Below are positions 19,196-27,619 of a DNA stretch of 44,253 nt, one piece after another. Made by a program: the position numbers and the translations under genes. How positions within the stretch are numbered: position 1 is the stretch's first letter; every line of letters begins with the position of its first letter. Location of the stretch: IMG/VR virus record IMGVR_UViG_3300044878_000143, positions 1 through 44,253 of that record; one strand, given 5' to 3'. The notes beneath the pieces are model-generated. The model did no database searches. It was given only the letters and a program-made list of their open reading frames with translations, and had not been told where the DNA came from. The stretch comes from a virus (Duplodnaviria; Caudoviricetes).

Positions 19196-19732
19196 CTATT
19201 TTCCGTCGTCGGTGATTTCCACGTCGCGCAGCGCCTTCTCCAAGAACATCAGGCCGATCTCCATGTGGTGGCGGGCGATGTTCAGGTGGCGGTCGTTGAT
19301 GCCCGGGTAGGTGTGCGCCTCCAGCAGCAGACTCGGGTACGCCTTCTGCACTTCCTCGACCTTGCGCTGGGTGGCAGCCAAGAAGCGGCGCAGGTCGCCC
19401 GGCGGGGTCTGGCCAATCAGGTGGTCGGGCAGCCTGGCATTGCCGTTGGCGTCGGTGTAGCCGAGGACCTGGGCCTGATGCTCTTCGTAGTGGGCGCGGC
19501 CACCGTGCAGGGGCAGCGTGACCGATGCGGCGGGTTGACGGTCAGTGCGGATCTCGCTGCTGAAGGTGGCGACGGGGGCGGCGGCGGTGTCGAGCAGGTA
19601 GAAGTTGGCGCCGTCGATGGTGGCATCCGCGACCTTGGGAGTCAGCTCATGGCTGACGGTGCCGTCGGCAATGATCGCGCTGGTGATGAATGAGCCGGGG
19701 AAGTCGGACAGGTCAAAGGGTTTTTCACTCAT
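19196..19732 (-). CDS. Protein with C-terminal Acb2/Tad1-like helical hairpin (candidate anti-defence sponge)
   Basis: C-terminal DRHLNIARHHMEIGLMFLEKAL resembles the Acb2/Tad1 R-x-L-x-I-A...G-x-M...K/R-A pattern; GAGGA RBS. Family call by eye. Confidence 0.5.
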   Translation of the reverse strand: MSEKPFDLSDFPGSFITSAIIADGTVSHELTPKVADATIDGANFYLLDTAAAPVATFSSEIRTDRQPAASVTLPLHGGRAHYEEHQAQVLGYTDANGNARLPDHLIGQTPPGDLRRFLAATQRKVEEVQKAYPSLLLEAHTYPGINDRHLNIARHHMEIGLMFLEKALRDVEITDDGK

Positions 19733-19862
19733 GGCGGCGTCCTCGCAGCAGGTGGCCGGCGAAGTAGCAGACGGCCATGGCGATGAAATGTTCGGGGGTG
19801 AGGGTGTCGATCCAGTTCATCAGCTGGTAGGCAGCCGTGATGACGGTGTCTTGTACTTCCAT
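19725..19862 (-). CDS. Small hydrophobic protein (45 aa)
   Basis: ATG 19862 after GAGGA; MEVQDTVITAAY...; stop overlaps the next gene. Confidence 0.55.
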   Translation of the reverse strand: MEVQDTVITAAYQLMNWIDTLTPEHFIAMAVCYFAGHLLRGRRHE

Positions 19863-19902
19863 GTGGGGATTCCTCGCTAAGTGGCGAGGGCGAGCATAGG
19901 AC

Positions 19903-19947
19903 AAAAAGACGGAGACCTCAAGGAGGACTAAGCCTTGAGGTCTCCGT
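19903..19947 (-). terminator. Intrinsic terminator, 15-bp stem
   Basis: ACGGAGACCTCAAGG/CCTTGAGGTCTCCGT inverted repeat followed by CTTTTT on the minus strand. Confidence 0.75.
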
Positions 19948-20043
19948 TGGAGCACGACGCCTTGGGGGAGGAACGCCGTCAAAGGGCAGTACAGGGCAAC
20001 ACTAACTTCAACCGTAGGAGCACTTGGGGAGTGCAGCGCGAGG

Positions 20044-20577
20044 TTAGTCGGGGACGGCCTGGATGTCAATGTAGTAGGCCTTGCCGACCACCAGGTGTTC
20101 CGCCTGATCGGAGCGCACGTTGTACTGCAGGTTGCCGAACGGGGTGGCCTTGCCGTAGACGAAGTCTTCCTCGGCCTTGTTCGCCGAGTACACCGCGCCG
20201 AAGGTGCAGCGGGTCAGTGGGTTGTCGGTGCCGTCGTTGGGCAGCGGGTCGACGTAGTGCAGGGTCATCTTCAGCCGGGTCACGCGCGGCCGGGACCAGT
20301 CGAGGAAGGCCTTGCCGATCTGCTCGGGGGTGGGCAATGGCTCGATGGCGGGGACGGGCATCGGCTCGATGCTGTGGGCCGGGGAGTCGCAGAGCATCAC
20401 GTTGTGTTCCTGGCCGACCGGGGCGGTGCCGAGTGGCTGCGGGTCGGGGGTCGGGCCGTAGTGCGGGAGCGGCATGATGTTCTCGGCGAACGGGGGCACG
20501 GTGATTGAGGCCGTCGGTTCGGGGGTCACTGGCGCGTCGGGTGAGGCATACGGGGACTGTGCGGTGGTGAGGGTCAT
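20044..20577 (-). CDS. Hypothetical protein: Pro/Thr-rich N-terminus plus compact beta-rich C-terminal domain
   Basis: C-terminal GAVYS...YGKATPFG...GKAYYIDI looks globular. Start ambiguous (ATG 20577 or 20589, within a duplicated ATGACCCTCACC). Confidence 0.7.
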   Translation of the reverse strand: MTLTTAQSPYASPDAPVTPEPTASITVPPFAENIMPLPHYGPTPDPQPLGTAPVGQEHNVMLCDSPAHSIEPMPVPAIEPLPTPEQIGKAFLDWSRPRVTRLKMTLHYVDPLPNDGTDNPLTRCTFGAVYSANKAEEDFVYGKATPFGNLQYNVRSDQAEHLVVGKAYYIDIQAVPD

Positions 20578-20791
20578 GGTGAGGGTCATCCTGACGTTGG
20601 GTGAGGGTGTCGTCGTGACGGCAGGGGATCTTGCGGGCTTGCGTGCCGGGGTGGGGGTGAGTGTAGGGGTGGATTTTGAAAAAGTAAAAAATTTCCAGCG
20701 CTGACCTAGGCGGTCTGGCACGTCACTCCCGTGCTAGAAAATAGGGGGCGGGGTTGGGCAAATCTTTTTCACTTTTTCTATGCTTTTCGCC

Positions 20792-20820
20792 TTGCTCTTA
20801 TCTTCTTATATGTCTATAGT
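20792..20820 (+). promoter_or_regulatory. Sigma70-type early promoter
   Basis: TTGCTC-17 bp-TATAGT with a T-rich upstream tract. Confidence 0.7.
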
Positions 20821-20911
20821 TCATCTCAGTAGGACGTAACAACGAAACACGCTCCACAGGGTAGGCCAGCTGGCCTACCCGCCCGCCCCGGCTGTCTGCC
20901 TGTGCGTGGCC

Positions 20912-20923
20912 CGCTCTTTAACA
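20912..20923 (+). promoter_or_regulatory. boxA antitermination element
   Basis: CGCTCTTTAACA, an exact match to the boxA consensus, ~90 nt after the promoter. Confidence 0.8.
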
Positions 20924-21216
20924 ATTTGCCCATGCTCCATTTGCGGATACCCGCGACAACCATGTCTGGCACTAGCATTGCCAGGCACGGGGAAGTCATG
21001 CCCTCGATAACCTGAACAGCGTCAGGTTGTCCCATTCGATCGGGGGATAGAACTTCCTTACTGTATAACCACTGGCCAGATATCCACACGGCTCGCCAGT
21101 AACAGCTAGAGGGCTGGTTACACGGTTTAACCTTTATCAACGGTATCACGCCAGACTCACCGCTCAACGGGCGGTTAGACGTCAGGTAAAGCCCCGGACA
21201 TGGTCAAGATTGTTCC

Positions 21217-21228
21217 CACTCTTTAACA
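21217..21228 (+). promoter_or_regulatory. Second boxA-like element
   Basis: CACTCTTTAACA, 11/12 match. Confidence 0.6.
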
Positions 21229-21481
21229 TCACTAACCGCTACACATTAACCGACCGGCACGGGATAACTCCGCTTATCTTATTCTGATACTACATACGAC
21301 GACTCACCGACCAACAAACCACGGTTAATGATGAACTGACAAGGGCATAGCCACTAGGCGCTATGCCCGACTAGATGAACTTAGAACTTAGAATTAACAC
21401 TCCCAACTAACCTTAGTTGTTTAGAACATGTACCTGTTTCGGGTACATGCCATAACCAACTGAAATAAGGAATTAGATATC

Positions 21482-22297
21482 ATGGCTAAGACTACCAACA
21501 CTACCCCCGCTGTTACCCTTATCACTGTACAGGGCCAGCCGGTTGACCAGCGCTTAATCAACCAATACAAGAAAAGCTTCGGCAAACACGAGAATATCCT
21601 TTCGGTTTGGGCCAATGCCGCCACTGTCCAACTGGCACAACATGGCAATCGTAACTGGATGGACAGCTTGTTTGCCCTTGACGTAATGCGGGTTAAATCC
21701 GGCGCGCTGTCGAAACTCGGCCAAGAAGTGTTTGGCTACATTAAAGCGCACTTTCCCCGCTTAATCTGGGATAAAGAGCACAACAAGCTGGCGCTGGTCA
21801 AACTGCAAAAGGACAGCATTCTGGCCACGCACTTTGTCGCGGTCGGCGCTACGGAACAATCGGACACCGTGGTTCAATTGCGCGATAAGTTCTACAGCGC
21901 CCACGGCGATTTCGCTCTAACCTTCACGCAGTTTAAGAATCTGGAAAAGCCCGAAGTGGAAAAGGAAGAAGTGGCGCCGAAAATGACCGCTACCGCTTTC
22001 GCTAAACAGGCTGACAAGGCGCTGGAATGCTTTAAAGATAACCGCTTTATCGGGACCGAGGAGGAGATTCTGTCGGCCATGGTCAAGGCGAAAGCGCTGT
22101 TTCTGGCCCTTGACGCGCAACTGGTGGCACAGGAAGCGGCGAAAGCCAAGAAGGCCGCCGAAGCCGGGGAAGCCGCCACGCCACAGGATCAAATTGACGT
22201 CGCCGCGGCGGACAAACTTCTGGAAACAGGCCGCAAAGGCAAGTCGGCCAAACCCGGCGGCAAAGTCGAGCCCGAAGCCGCGAAAGACGCAGCCTAA
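21482..22297 (+). CDS. First early protein, unknown function (271 aa)
   Basis: TAAGGA RBS; lower-GC codon usage than neighbours; Ala/Lys-rich tail. Confidence 0.85.
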   Translation: MAKTTNTTPAVTLITVQGQPVDQRLINQYKKSFGKHENILSVWANAATVQLAQHGNRNWMDSLFALDVMRVKSGALSKLGQEVFGYIKAHFPRLIWDKEHNKLALVKLQKDSILATHFVAVGATEQSDTVVQLRDKFYSAHGDFALTFTQFKNLEKPEVEKEEVAPKMTATAFAKQADKALECFKDNRFIGTEEEILSAMVKAKALFLALDAQLVAQEAAKAKKAAEAGEAATPQDQIDVAAADKLLETGRKGKSAKPGGKVEPEAAKDAA

Positions 22298-22312
22298 CCC
22301 TTCCCCTTCCCA

Positions 22313-22340
22313 CGGGGCCCGCACCGGGCCCCGGCCTTTT
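22313..22340 (+). terminator. Probable intrinsic terminator
   Basis: CGGGGCCC-GCACC-GGGCCCCG then GCCTTTT. Confidence 0.6.
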
Positions 22341-22355
22341 CTAGGATGAATCCGT

Positions 22356-22703
22356 ATGCTTGCCGCCTTCCTGTTGACCCTGTCGTGCACCATGGCCCCG
22401 GCCGCCCCCGGTGTCCCCGCGCATGATGAATGCCAGACCATGGAACTCCAAAGCTGGACGGACGCGACCATGGCTGAAATTGAAGACTGCGCCAACATGG
22501 CCGACGACCTGTTACAGCTCAACAAGTTCGGTTCACGCTGTGAAGTGGTGCCCATGGCCGCCACGGGCGAGACCGCCGACGTCGCCACGCTGGCGAATGC
22601 CCACGACAATCTGCGCAGTAATGAGCCGGCCGACCGGGAAGGCCGCGTGCGCTACGGCGGCAACTGGTATCAGCGCGACTTTGACCAGACCTTCACCTTC
22701 TGA
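22356..22703 (+). CDS. Hypothetical exported protein
   Basis: Hydrophobic N-terminus with LSC, four Cys; AGGA RBS. Confidence 0.7.
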   Translation: MLAAFLLTLSCTMAPAAPGVPAHDECQTMELQSWTDATMAEIEDCANMADDLLQLNKFGSRCEVVPMAATGETADVATLANAHDNLRSNEPADREGRVRYGGNWYQRDFDQTFTF

Positions 22704-22732
22704 CCGCGACACCCGTAGACCGTCTCCCTCTT

Positions 22733-22765
22733 GGCCAGGCCTGCCTCCGCAGCCTGGCCTTTTTT
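22733..22765 (+). terminator. Intrinsic terminator
   Basis: GGCCAGG(C)CTGC-CTCC-GCAGCCTGGCC followed by TTTTTT. Confidence 0.85.
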
Positions 22766-22807
22766 ATACGCGCGCGCGGGTGTCTTGGCGTGGGCGCGGC
22801 GCTGTGC

Positions 22808-22856
22808 CTTATGGGAAGTTTTCCGCGTGAAAACCACCTTGAAAATTTCCCATAAG
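22808..22856. repeat. 16-bp inverted repeat (one mismatch) with 17-bp spacer
   Basis: CTTATGGGAAGTTTTC ... GAAAATTTCCCATAAG upstream of gene 22909. Confidence 0.8.
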
Positions 22857-22908
22857 TTACGGAATTTAAACGAATTTCCCTCAAAAACCGCAGTAAGGAA
22901 TTAGCCCT

Positions 22909-23388
22909 ATGAGCCTCATGACCCGCCTCGCCGTGGCCGTGCAATCCAAAAACCCCGACCTCAGCGCCGACCTCGACCTGCCCATCCACCTGATCAACAT
23001 CTACGCCTGCAGCGTGTACCGCTTCGACGGCGGCCACCCGGTGCACTGCAACATCGCCGCCGCCCACACCGCCGTGGCCGTGGCCAAGCTCGGCAACTGG
23101 TGCGTCGAGCAGCACGGTTTCCGCCCCTATCGCTCGACCTGTAAAACGCCAGTACGGCGGCTGCGCATGAACGACCTGATCGAGAACCCCGGCGCCTACG
23201 ACGCCGCCCTGCAGCTGGCCAAGGCCAACGGTGAGAGTGACGTCGTAGCCGCCCTCAGAAGGCTCCCGGCGTGGATCAGCGCGCAAACCGGGGTCGCCAT
23301 CCCCGAGCTCGGGGCGGACGCCGCCAGCAGCCTGTGGAGCGCCCTCAGCGCCGAGATCGGGGCCCTGCCGGTCCGGGAGGTGCGCTGA
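22909..23388 (+). CDS. Hypothetical protein
   Basis: TAAGGA RBS; coupled to the next gene by TGATG. Confidence 0.75.
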   Translation: MSLMTRLAVAVQSKNPDLSADLDLPIHLINIYACSVYRFDGGHPVHCNIAAAHTAVAVAKLGNWCVEQHGFRPYRSTCKTPVRRLRMNDLIENPGAYDAALQLAKANGESDVVAALRRLPAWISAQTGVAIPELGADAASSLWSALSAEIGALPVREVR

Positions 23389-23783
23389 TGAACCGCAACA
23401 AGGTGGCCATCCACAGCCGTGACCAGATCCTCAACGCGGCGCGCACCGTGTACCAGATCGTCAAGCTGCTCAAGCTGACCCGCGAGGACTACCTCGACAT
23501 GCTCGACGTCGACGTGTTCGGCAAGGTCGACAGCAGCCTGCCCGCTGACGATCAGCGGGCCCTGACCGCGTTCGCCGCCGGGGTGCGCGACGTTTACCTG
23601 ACCATCCTCCTCACCGAGCACTGCGAGTTCGTCTACCGCAGCGTCGACGGGGTGATCTGGGACGTAAAGGAGGCCATCCGTCAAGGTGCGGCTGAGCGCA
23701 GCCAGGCTACCTGTGGGCATCGGTGGTTGGACAGCGACGTGGACTTCACTACGTTTGCCAAGGAGGTCGACCCATGGATCTGA
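23388..23783 (+). CDS. Hypothetical protein (MNRNKVAIH)
   Basis: ATG overlapping the upstream stop, GGAGG RBS. Confidence 0.75.
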   Translation: MNRNKVAIHSRDQILNAARTVYQIVKLLKLTREDYLDMLDVDVFGKVDSSLPADDQRALTAFAAGVRDVYLTILLTEHCEFVYRSVDGVIWDVKEAIRQGAAERSQATCGHRWLDSDVDFTTFAKEVDPWI

Positions 23784-23968
23784 TCGGCTGGCTCATGTTA
23801 TGCGGCCTCAACGCCCCCACAGCGGCCGTGTGGGGCGTTTGTGGGGCCTTGGGTGCCCTGGTGCTGCTCGCGGTGGCCATCGTCGCCCTGTGCGAAGGCT
23901 GGGAGCTGCGCAGCCAACGCACCGCCCGGCCCCGGGGCGCCACCCGTCAACCCCCTGAGCAGCCATGA
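23774..23968 (+). CDS. Small membrane protein (64 aa)
   Basis: AGGAGG RBS, ATG 23774, long hydrophobic segment. Confidence 0.65.
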   Translation: MDLIGWLMLCGLNAPTAAVWGVCGALGALVLLAVAIVALCEGWELRSQRTARPRGATRQPPEQP

Positions 23969-24547
23969 GGAGGTGGCTGTACGTTTCGGCACGAAACAAA
24001 GAAATGGTGTCTGTCAAGTTTTATCCGATGAACGGCTCTTCTTCTTCTTCTTCGAAGATAACAAGTAAGAGGGGGTATAGAGGGGGTATGGGGGAGTATA
24101 AGGGCTGATAAGCTGAGAGACGGAGTTAAAAAAACCGTCTACGAAAAACGTGGGTTTTTTAAAAACGTAATACTGGGGGTTGTTTTGGAAATCCAATTTT
24201 CAGGTTCGTTCTCTCAATCTACGCTGATAAGGCCAAAAACACCCACGCCCACACCCTCCATCTCCCCCACACCCCTTACCCCGTCTACCCTGCAGCCGAT
24301 CCACCACACTTTCCACCGATCGTGCAGCCACCCCTACAACCCGCATAAAACCGTCACCCACCCCTTATACCTTATCGTGTTTTAGGGGTCCGACGGCCTC
24401 GACGCAAAAGTCTAGTGCGAAACGGTCACGCAAAGATTCCTCTTAAGGTAGTGCAGAGGCTTCGGCGTTATGCTATTTTTTGCCAAAACCGATTTCCACG
24501 TTTCAGCACCCAACGAGCCGAAAATTATCCCACTCACGGCTCGCCCA

Positions 24548-25900
24548 ATGAACATTGACGGTATAAGGCATAACCTCATGGAATTTTCCCTTGTCAGCCC
24601 GTACCAGCTCAAGGAACGCCTCGAAAAGCCGATCCTAGAGCGCCTTCGCAACAAGAAGCCGGCCGGCACTCGCAGCCGGCGTATCGGCCTCAACTGCTAC
24701 CTGCCCCTCGGTGACTCCAACCTACGGGCCAGCCACCGCATCACCGGCGCCCACCTCGACCCCGACGGACCTGAAATGCTGCATGCCGCCATGACCTACG
24801 CCGGCACCCTGCTCGATGCTCTGGGCCACGGCAGCGTCGGCAAGCGCATCCTGATCGGCCCGGCACGTTACGGTGACAAGGTGCTGACCAAGTATTGTGA
24901 GACCCTGATCAAGGCTGCCCTCGGCGAACGCACCCTCGATCTGGTCAGCCCGCTGCTCGTCTCCTACCTGCTCGGCGGCATCCCGATCAGCACCTTGGAG
25001 GAGCTGGCGTGGAAGGCCATGGACCTGATGGACTTCTTCCCCGAGCCCTACGTCCCGACCCCGTTGGCCCGGGCGCTGCCCATTGTCGGTTTCGGTGCGC
25101 AGTTCCCTCACCTGCACGTCGACGAGTGCTACGACAGCAGCTACGAGGAGCCGGGCAAGAAGTACGCCCACCTCAGTCTCAAGCAGCAGTACCTGCTCGA
25201 ACTGCCGGCGGCGGAGTCCTACGCCAGGCTGCTGATCAACCAAGGTGCGTACCCGGCCACGCTGCGCCGCACGCTGACCGCCATGAAGCTGGCGGTGATG
25301 GCCGAGGCGACCCGGCTGATGGACCCGGAAGGGGGTGAGATGACCGAGTACGCTGCGCAAGGCCGGCGTCCGGTGCTGGTCGACGACATCATCTTCAGCC
25401 GCGCGGTGCGCCGGGTGTTCGAGAAGCCGTGGCTGGAGCTGGACCTGAGCGGGCGCAATGAGGACCGGATCAGCGATGCGGAGGTGGTGACGGCGCGGCT
25501 GATCATCCAGCGGCTGAACCACAAGGTCCTCAAGAGCAGCAAGCTGTCCGCCGTTACGCTCGTCGGAATGTCGCTACTTACCGGCATATCGGTAGCGAAC
25601 TGGGCGGAGTTTGCCGTATATGATCTGAAGAGACGCGGTGAGACCTTCCTCACCGCCGAGACCTTGGACGAGGTCGTCGAGATGCTGCAGGTGTCGCCGT
25701 ACTTCACCTGTGAGCAGCAGTTGCGCGGGGCGGCCACCGACCTGCGCTACGCCGACCTCGGCAAGGCCAAGTGGGCACGGCGCTTGCAATCGCCGAACCG
25801 GCCACTGTGGAGTGGGCCCGGGACGTTCTACGTCAGCGGCCTGAATGGAAAGGGACTCCCCGTTTACCGGCACAAGCCTTTCTCGCTAAGTAGCGACTAA
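24548..25900 (+). CDS. Large hypothetical protein (~450 aa)
   Basis: Long ORF with phage-typical codon bias; start uncertain (24470, 24548 or 24578). Confidence 0.75.
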   Translation: MNIDGIRHNLMEFSLVSPYQLKERLEKPILERLRNKKPAGTRSRRIGLNCYLPLGDSNLRASHRITGAHLDPDGPEMLHAAMTYAGTLLDALGHGSVGKRILIGPARYGDKVLTKYCETLIKAALGERTLDLVSPLLVSYLLGGIPISTLEELAWKAMDLMDFFPEPYVPTPLARALPIVGFGAQFPHLHVDECYDSSYEEPGKKYAHLSLKQQYLLELPAAESYARLLINQGAYPATLRRTLTAMKLAVMAEATRLMDPEGGEMTEYAAQGRRPVLVDDIIFSRAVRRVFEKPWLELDLSGRNEDRISDAEVVTARLIIQRLNHKVLKSSKLSAVTLVGMSLLTGISVANWAEFAVYDLKRRGETFLTAETLDEVVEMLQVSPYFTCEQQLRGAATDLRYADLGKAKWARRLQSPNRPLWSGPGTFYVSGLNGKGLPVYRHKPFSLSSD

Positions 25901-25943
25901 GGTGGGTGTAGTTCCCCAACATTCCCCACAAATGGGTGCCGCA

Positions 25944-26402
25944 ATGCGTATGTCCCCCACTCAGCAGATTCGGTTTCGCTGGACCATGGTTGACTGCCTG
26001 TTCGACGAGGTCTACCTCGGTCGGCACGACGACACCCTTCACGGGCCGGAAATGTTGGAGGAGCTGTTCCGCTACTTCGCCTGCCACGACCGGCGCTTCA
26101 AGGCGGTCGGGCTTGGGTGGGACCGCCGGGGTTTCATGTACTACGGCCATTACATAGGGGAGGCAGCCATCGCGGCGTTCCTCGGCCTGGGCCTGACCAA
26201 GGGAACACCGGAGCGGGCCAGCCAGGCAGCCCTGCAGATCATCTACAAGCCCTTCGCCGACATTCTGGAGGCGCGGGTCTGGTTACGCTGGCACGTCCAG
26301 AAGATGTACGGCTACAGCAGCAAGCCCCACGACCTGTGGATCGGCTACCCCCGCAATTTCCCGCAAATAACCAACGAAACCAACGAGTTACTCTCAATCT
26401 AG
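25944..26402 (+). CDS. Hypothetical protein, possibly paralogous to the upstream gene
   Basis: Coding-like ORF; start uncertain (25932-25950). Confidence 0.7.
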   Translation: MRMSPTQQIRFRWTMVDCLFDEVYLGRHDDTLHGPEMLEELFRYFACHDRRFKAVGLGWDRRGFMYYGHYIGEAAIAAFLGLGLTKGTPERASQAALQIIYKPFADILEARVWLRWHVQKMYGYSSKPHDLWIGYPRNFPQITNETNELLSI

Positions 26403-26413
26403 GACTAAGCATT

Positions 26414-27619
26414 ATGACTGTGTTCCTCACATCGGACCGCACCCTCCGTGCGGTGGCGTATGCCAATGGCGTGCAAATCAGCCAGCAACAAATCAACCAG
26501 CTCCAGCAGTTCGGCCTGCGTGACGACTGCTTCCCAGACCCCCTCCCGCCCTACCTCGAAGCCCTCGACAAGGCCGGTTTCGTGTTCGACTTCGAGCCGC
26601 TGGAAGAGGGCACGGCGTGGGTGTGGGAGCACCCGGAGAAAGGCCGCGCGCCGGACGGCAAGGACCTGCTCAGCACCGTGAAGAACGCCTACTGGCACCA
26701 CGTCGGCTTCCACAAGGAGGTCGCCGAGCTGGGCCGGCGTGGCTTCACCGTAGAGCCGTTCGCCGAGCTGTTCAGTGGATGCACCCCGCACTACTGGCGC
26801 TACAACCAAGCGAACCGGGTCAGCCCGTTGTTCCCCACCGAGGAGATGGCGTGGCGGGATGCGTGGCGTCAGCATGAGAAGGTGGTGGCCAAGATTCAGG
26901 ACGAGATGGCCATGAGGCAGACCACGGTTCACCGCATGACCGAGGCCGGACTGCGCTTCGACATGGGCAAGGCGCAGTCCGCCTTCGCCGCGATCCGCGC
27001 CATGGAGCCGCTGCTGGAGGAGGCCGGCTACGAGATCACCGACACCCACTGGCGCCGCCGCAACTACCGGCTGGACGTGCCCGGTGGTAGGGAAGCCGTG
27101 ATCCGTGACGCGGTGAAGACCTGGGCGGGGCAGAACCTCCATCAGTTCATGAAGGCCATCAACGACCTGAACACGGTCAGCGCCCCGGCCCAGTACGGCA
27201 CCGTGCACATGCTGGACATGCTGCAGCGTGCCGGTTACATCGTCACCAGCGGCGGCTGGAACCATGCCAAGGCGGACAAGATCCAGCTCGGCAAGGACCT
27301 CGACTGGGCGGTCTACGACGCCTGGCTGCATTACATCGGCCCGAACTCCTACGACAGCCCGACCAAGTCGCCGTCGACCGCTGCCGAAAGCTGGGCCGGA
27401 CTGGGCTTGCCGCCGATGGGGGTCAAGGTGTGGGTCACCCCGCACAACGTGGTGTGGGGCTTCAACACCGTCGAGCCCCAGTTGATGACGGTGCGTGGTT
27501 ACCACGCCGAGTACGTCTGGCTGCAGCGTGACAAGGGACCGGGCGCGATTGACGTGATGTTCGTCACCACCCGCACCGACAAGGTCACCTTCTCCACGGA
27601 AGATCCGCGCCATGGCTAA
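26414..27619 (+). CDS. Hypothetical protein with four internal Trp-rich repeats (401 aa)
   Basis: ATG 26414 after AGGA; repeated LxxAG(F/Y)...W...DAW motif. Confidence 0.8.
   Translation: MTVFLTSDRTLRAVAYANGVQISQQQINQLQQFGLRDDCFPDPLPPYLEALDKAGFVFDFEPLEEGTAWVWEHPEKGRAPDGKDLLSTVKNAYWHHVGFHKEVAELGRRGFTVEPFAELFSGCTPHYWRYNQANRVSPLFPTEEMAWRDAWRQHEKVVAKIQDEMAMRQTTVHRMTEAGLRFDMGKAQSAFAAIRAMEPLLEEAGYEITDTHWRRRNYRLDVPGGREAVIRDAVKTWAGQNLHQFMKAINDLNTVSAPAQYGTVHMLDMLQRAGYIVTSGGWNHAKADKIQLGKDLDWAVYDAWLHYIGPNSYDSPTKSPSTAAESWAGLGLPPMGVKVWVTPHNVVWGFNTVEPQLMTVRGYHAEYVWLQRDKGPGAIDVMFVTTRTDKVTFSTEDPRHG

Larger units (their letters stand above)
20827..21470 (+). ncRNA. Long structured early leader RNA (putative)
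   Basis: No credible ORF; many local and long-range complementary segments (see findings). Confidence 0.55.

Noticed and set aside
20826-21167. 113-aa minus-strand ORF in the leader region
   Set aside because: No RBS, atypical codons, and it runs against the promoter and boxA orientation.
20827-21470. Leader as a hammerhead ribozyme, intron, retron or CRISPR array
   Set aside because: No CUGANGA/GAAA core, intron signatures or regular repeat-spacer pattern seen, and no RT or Cas gene in the window.
24014-24385. Short ORFs in the 24-kb island
   Set aside because: Low-complexity translations of homopolymer runs without RBS.
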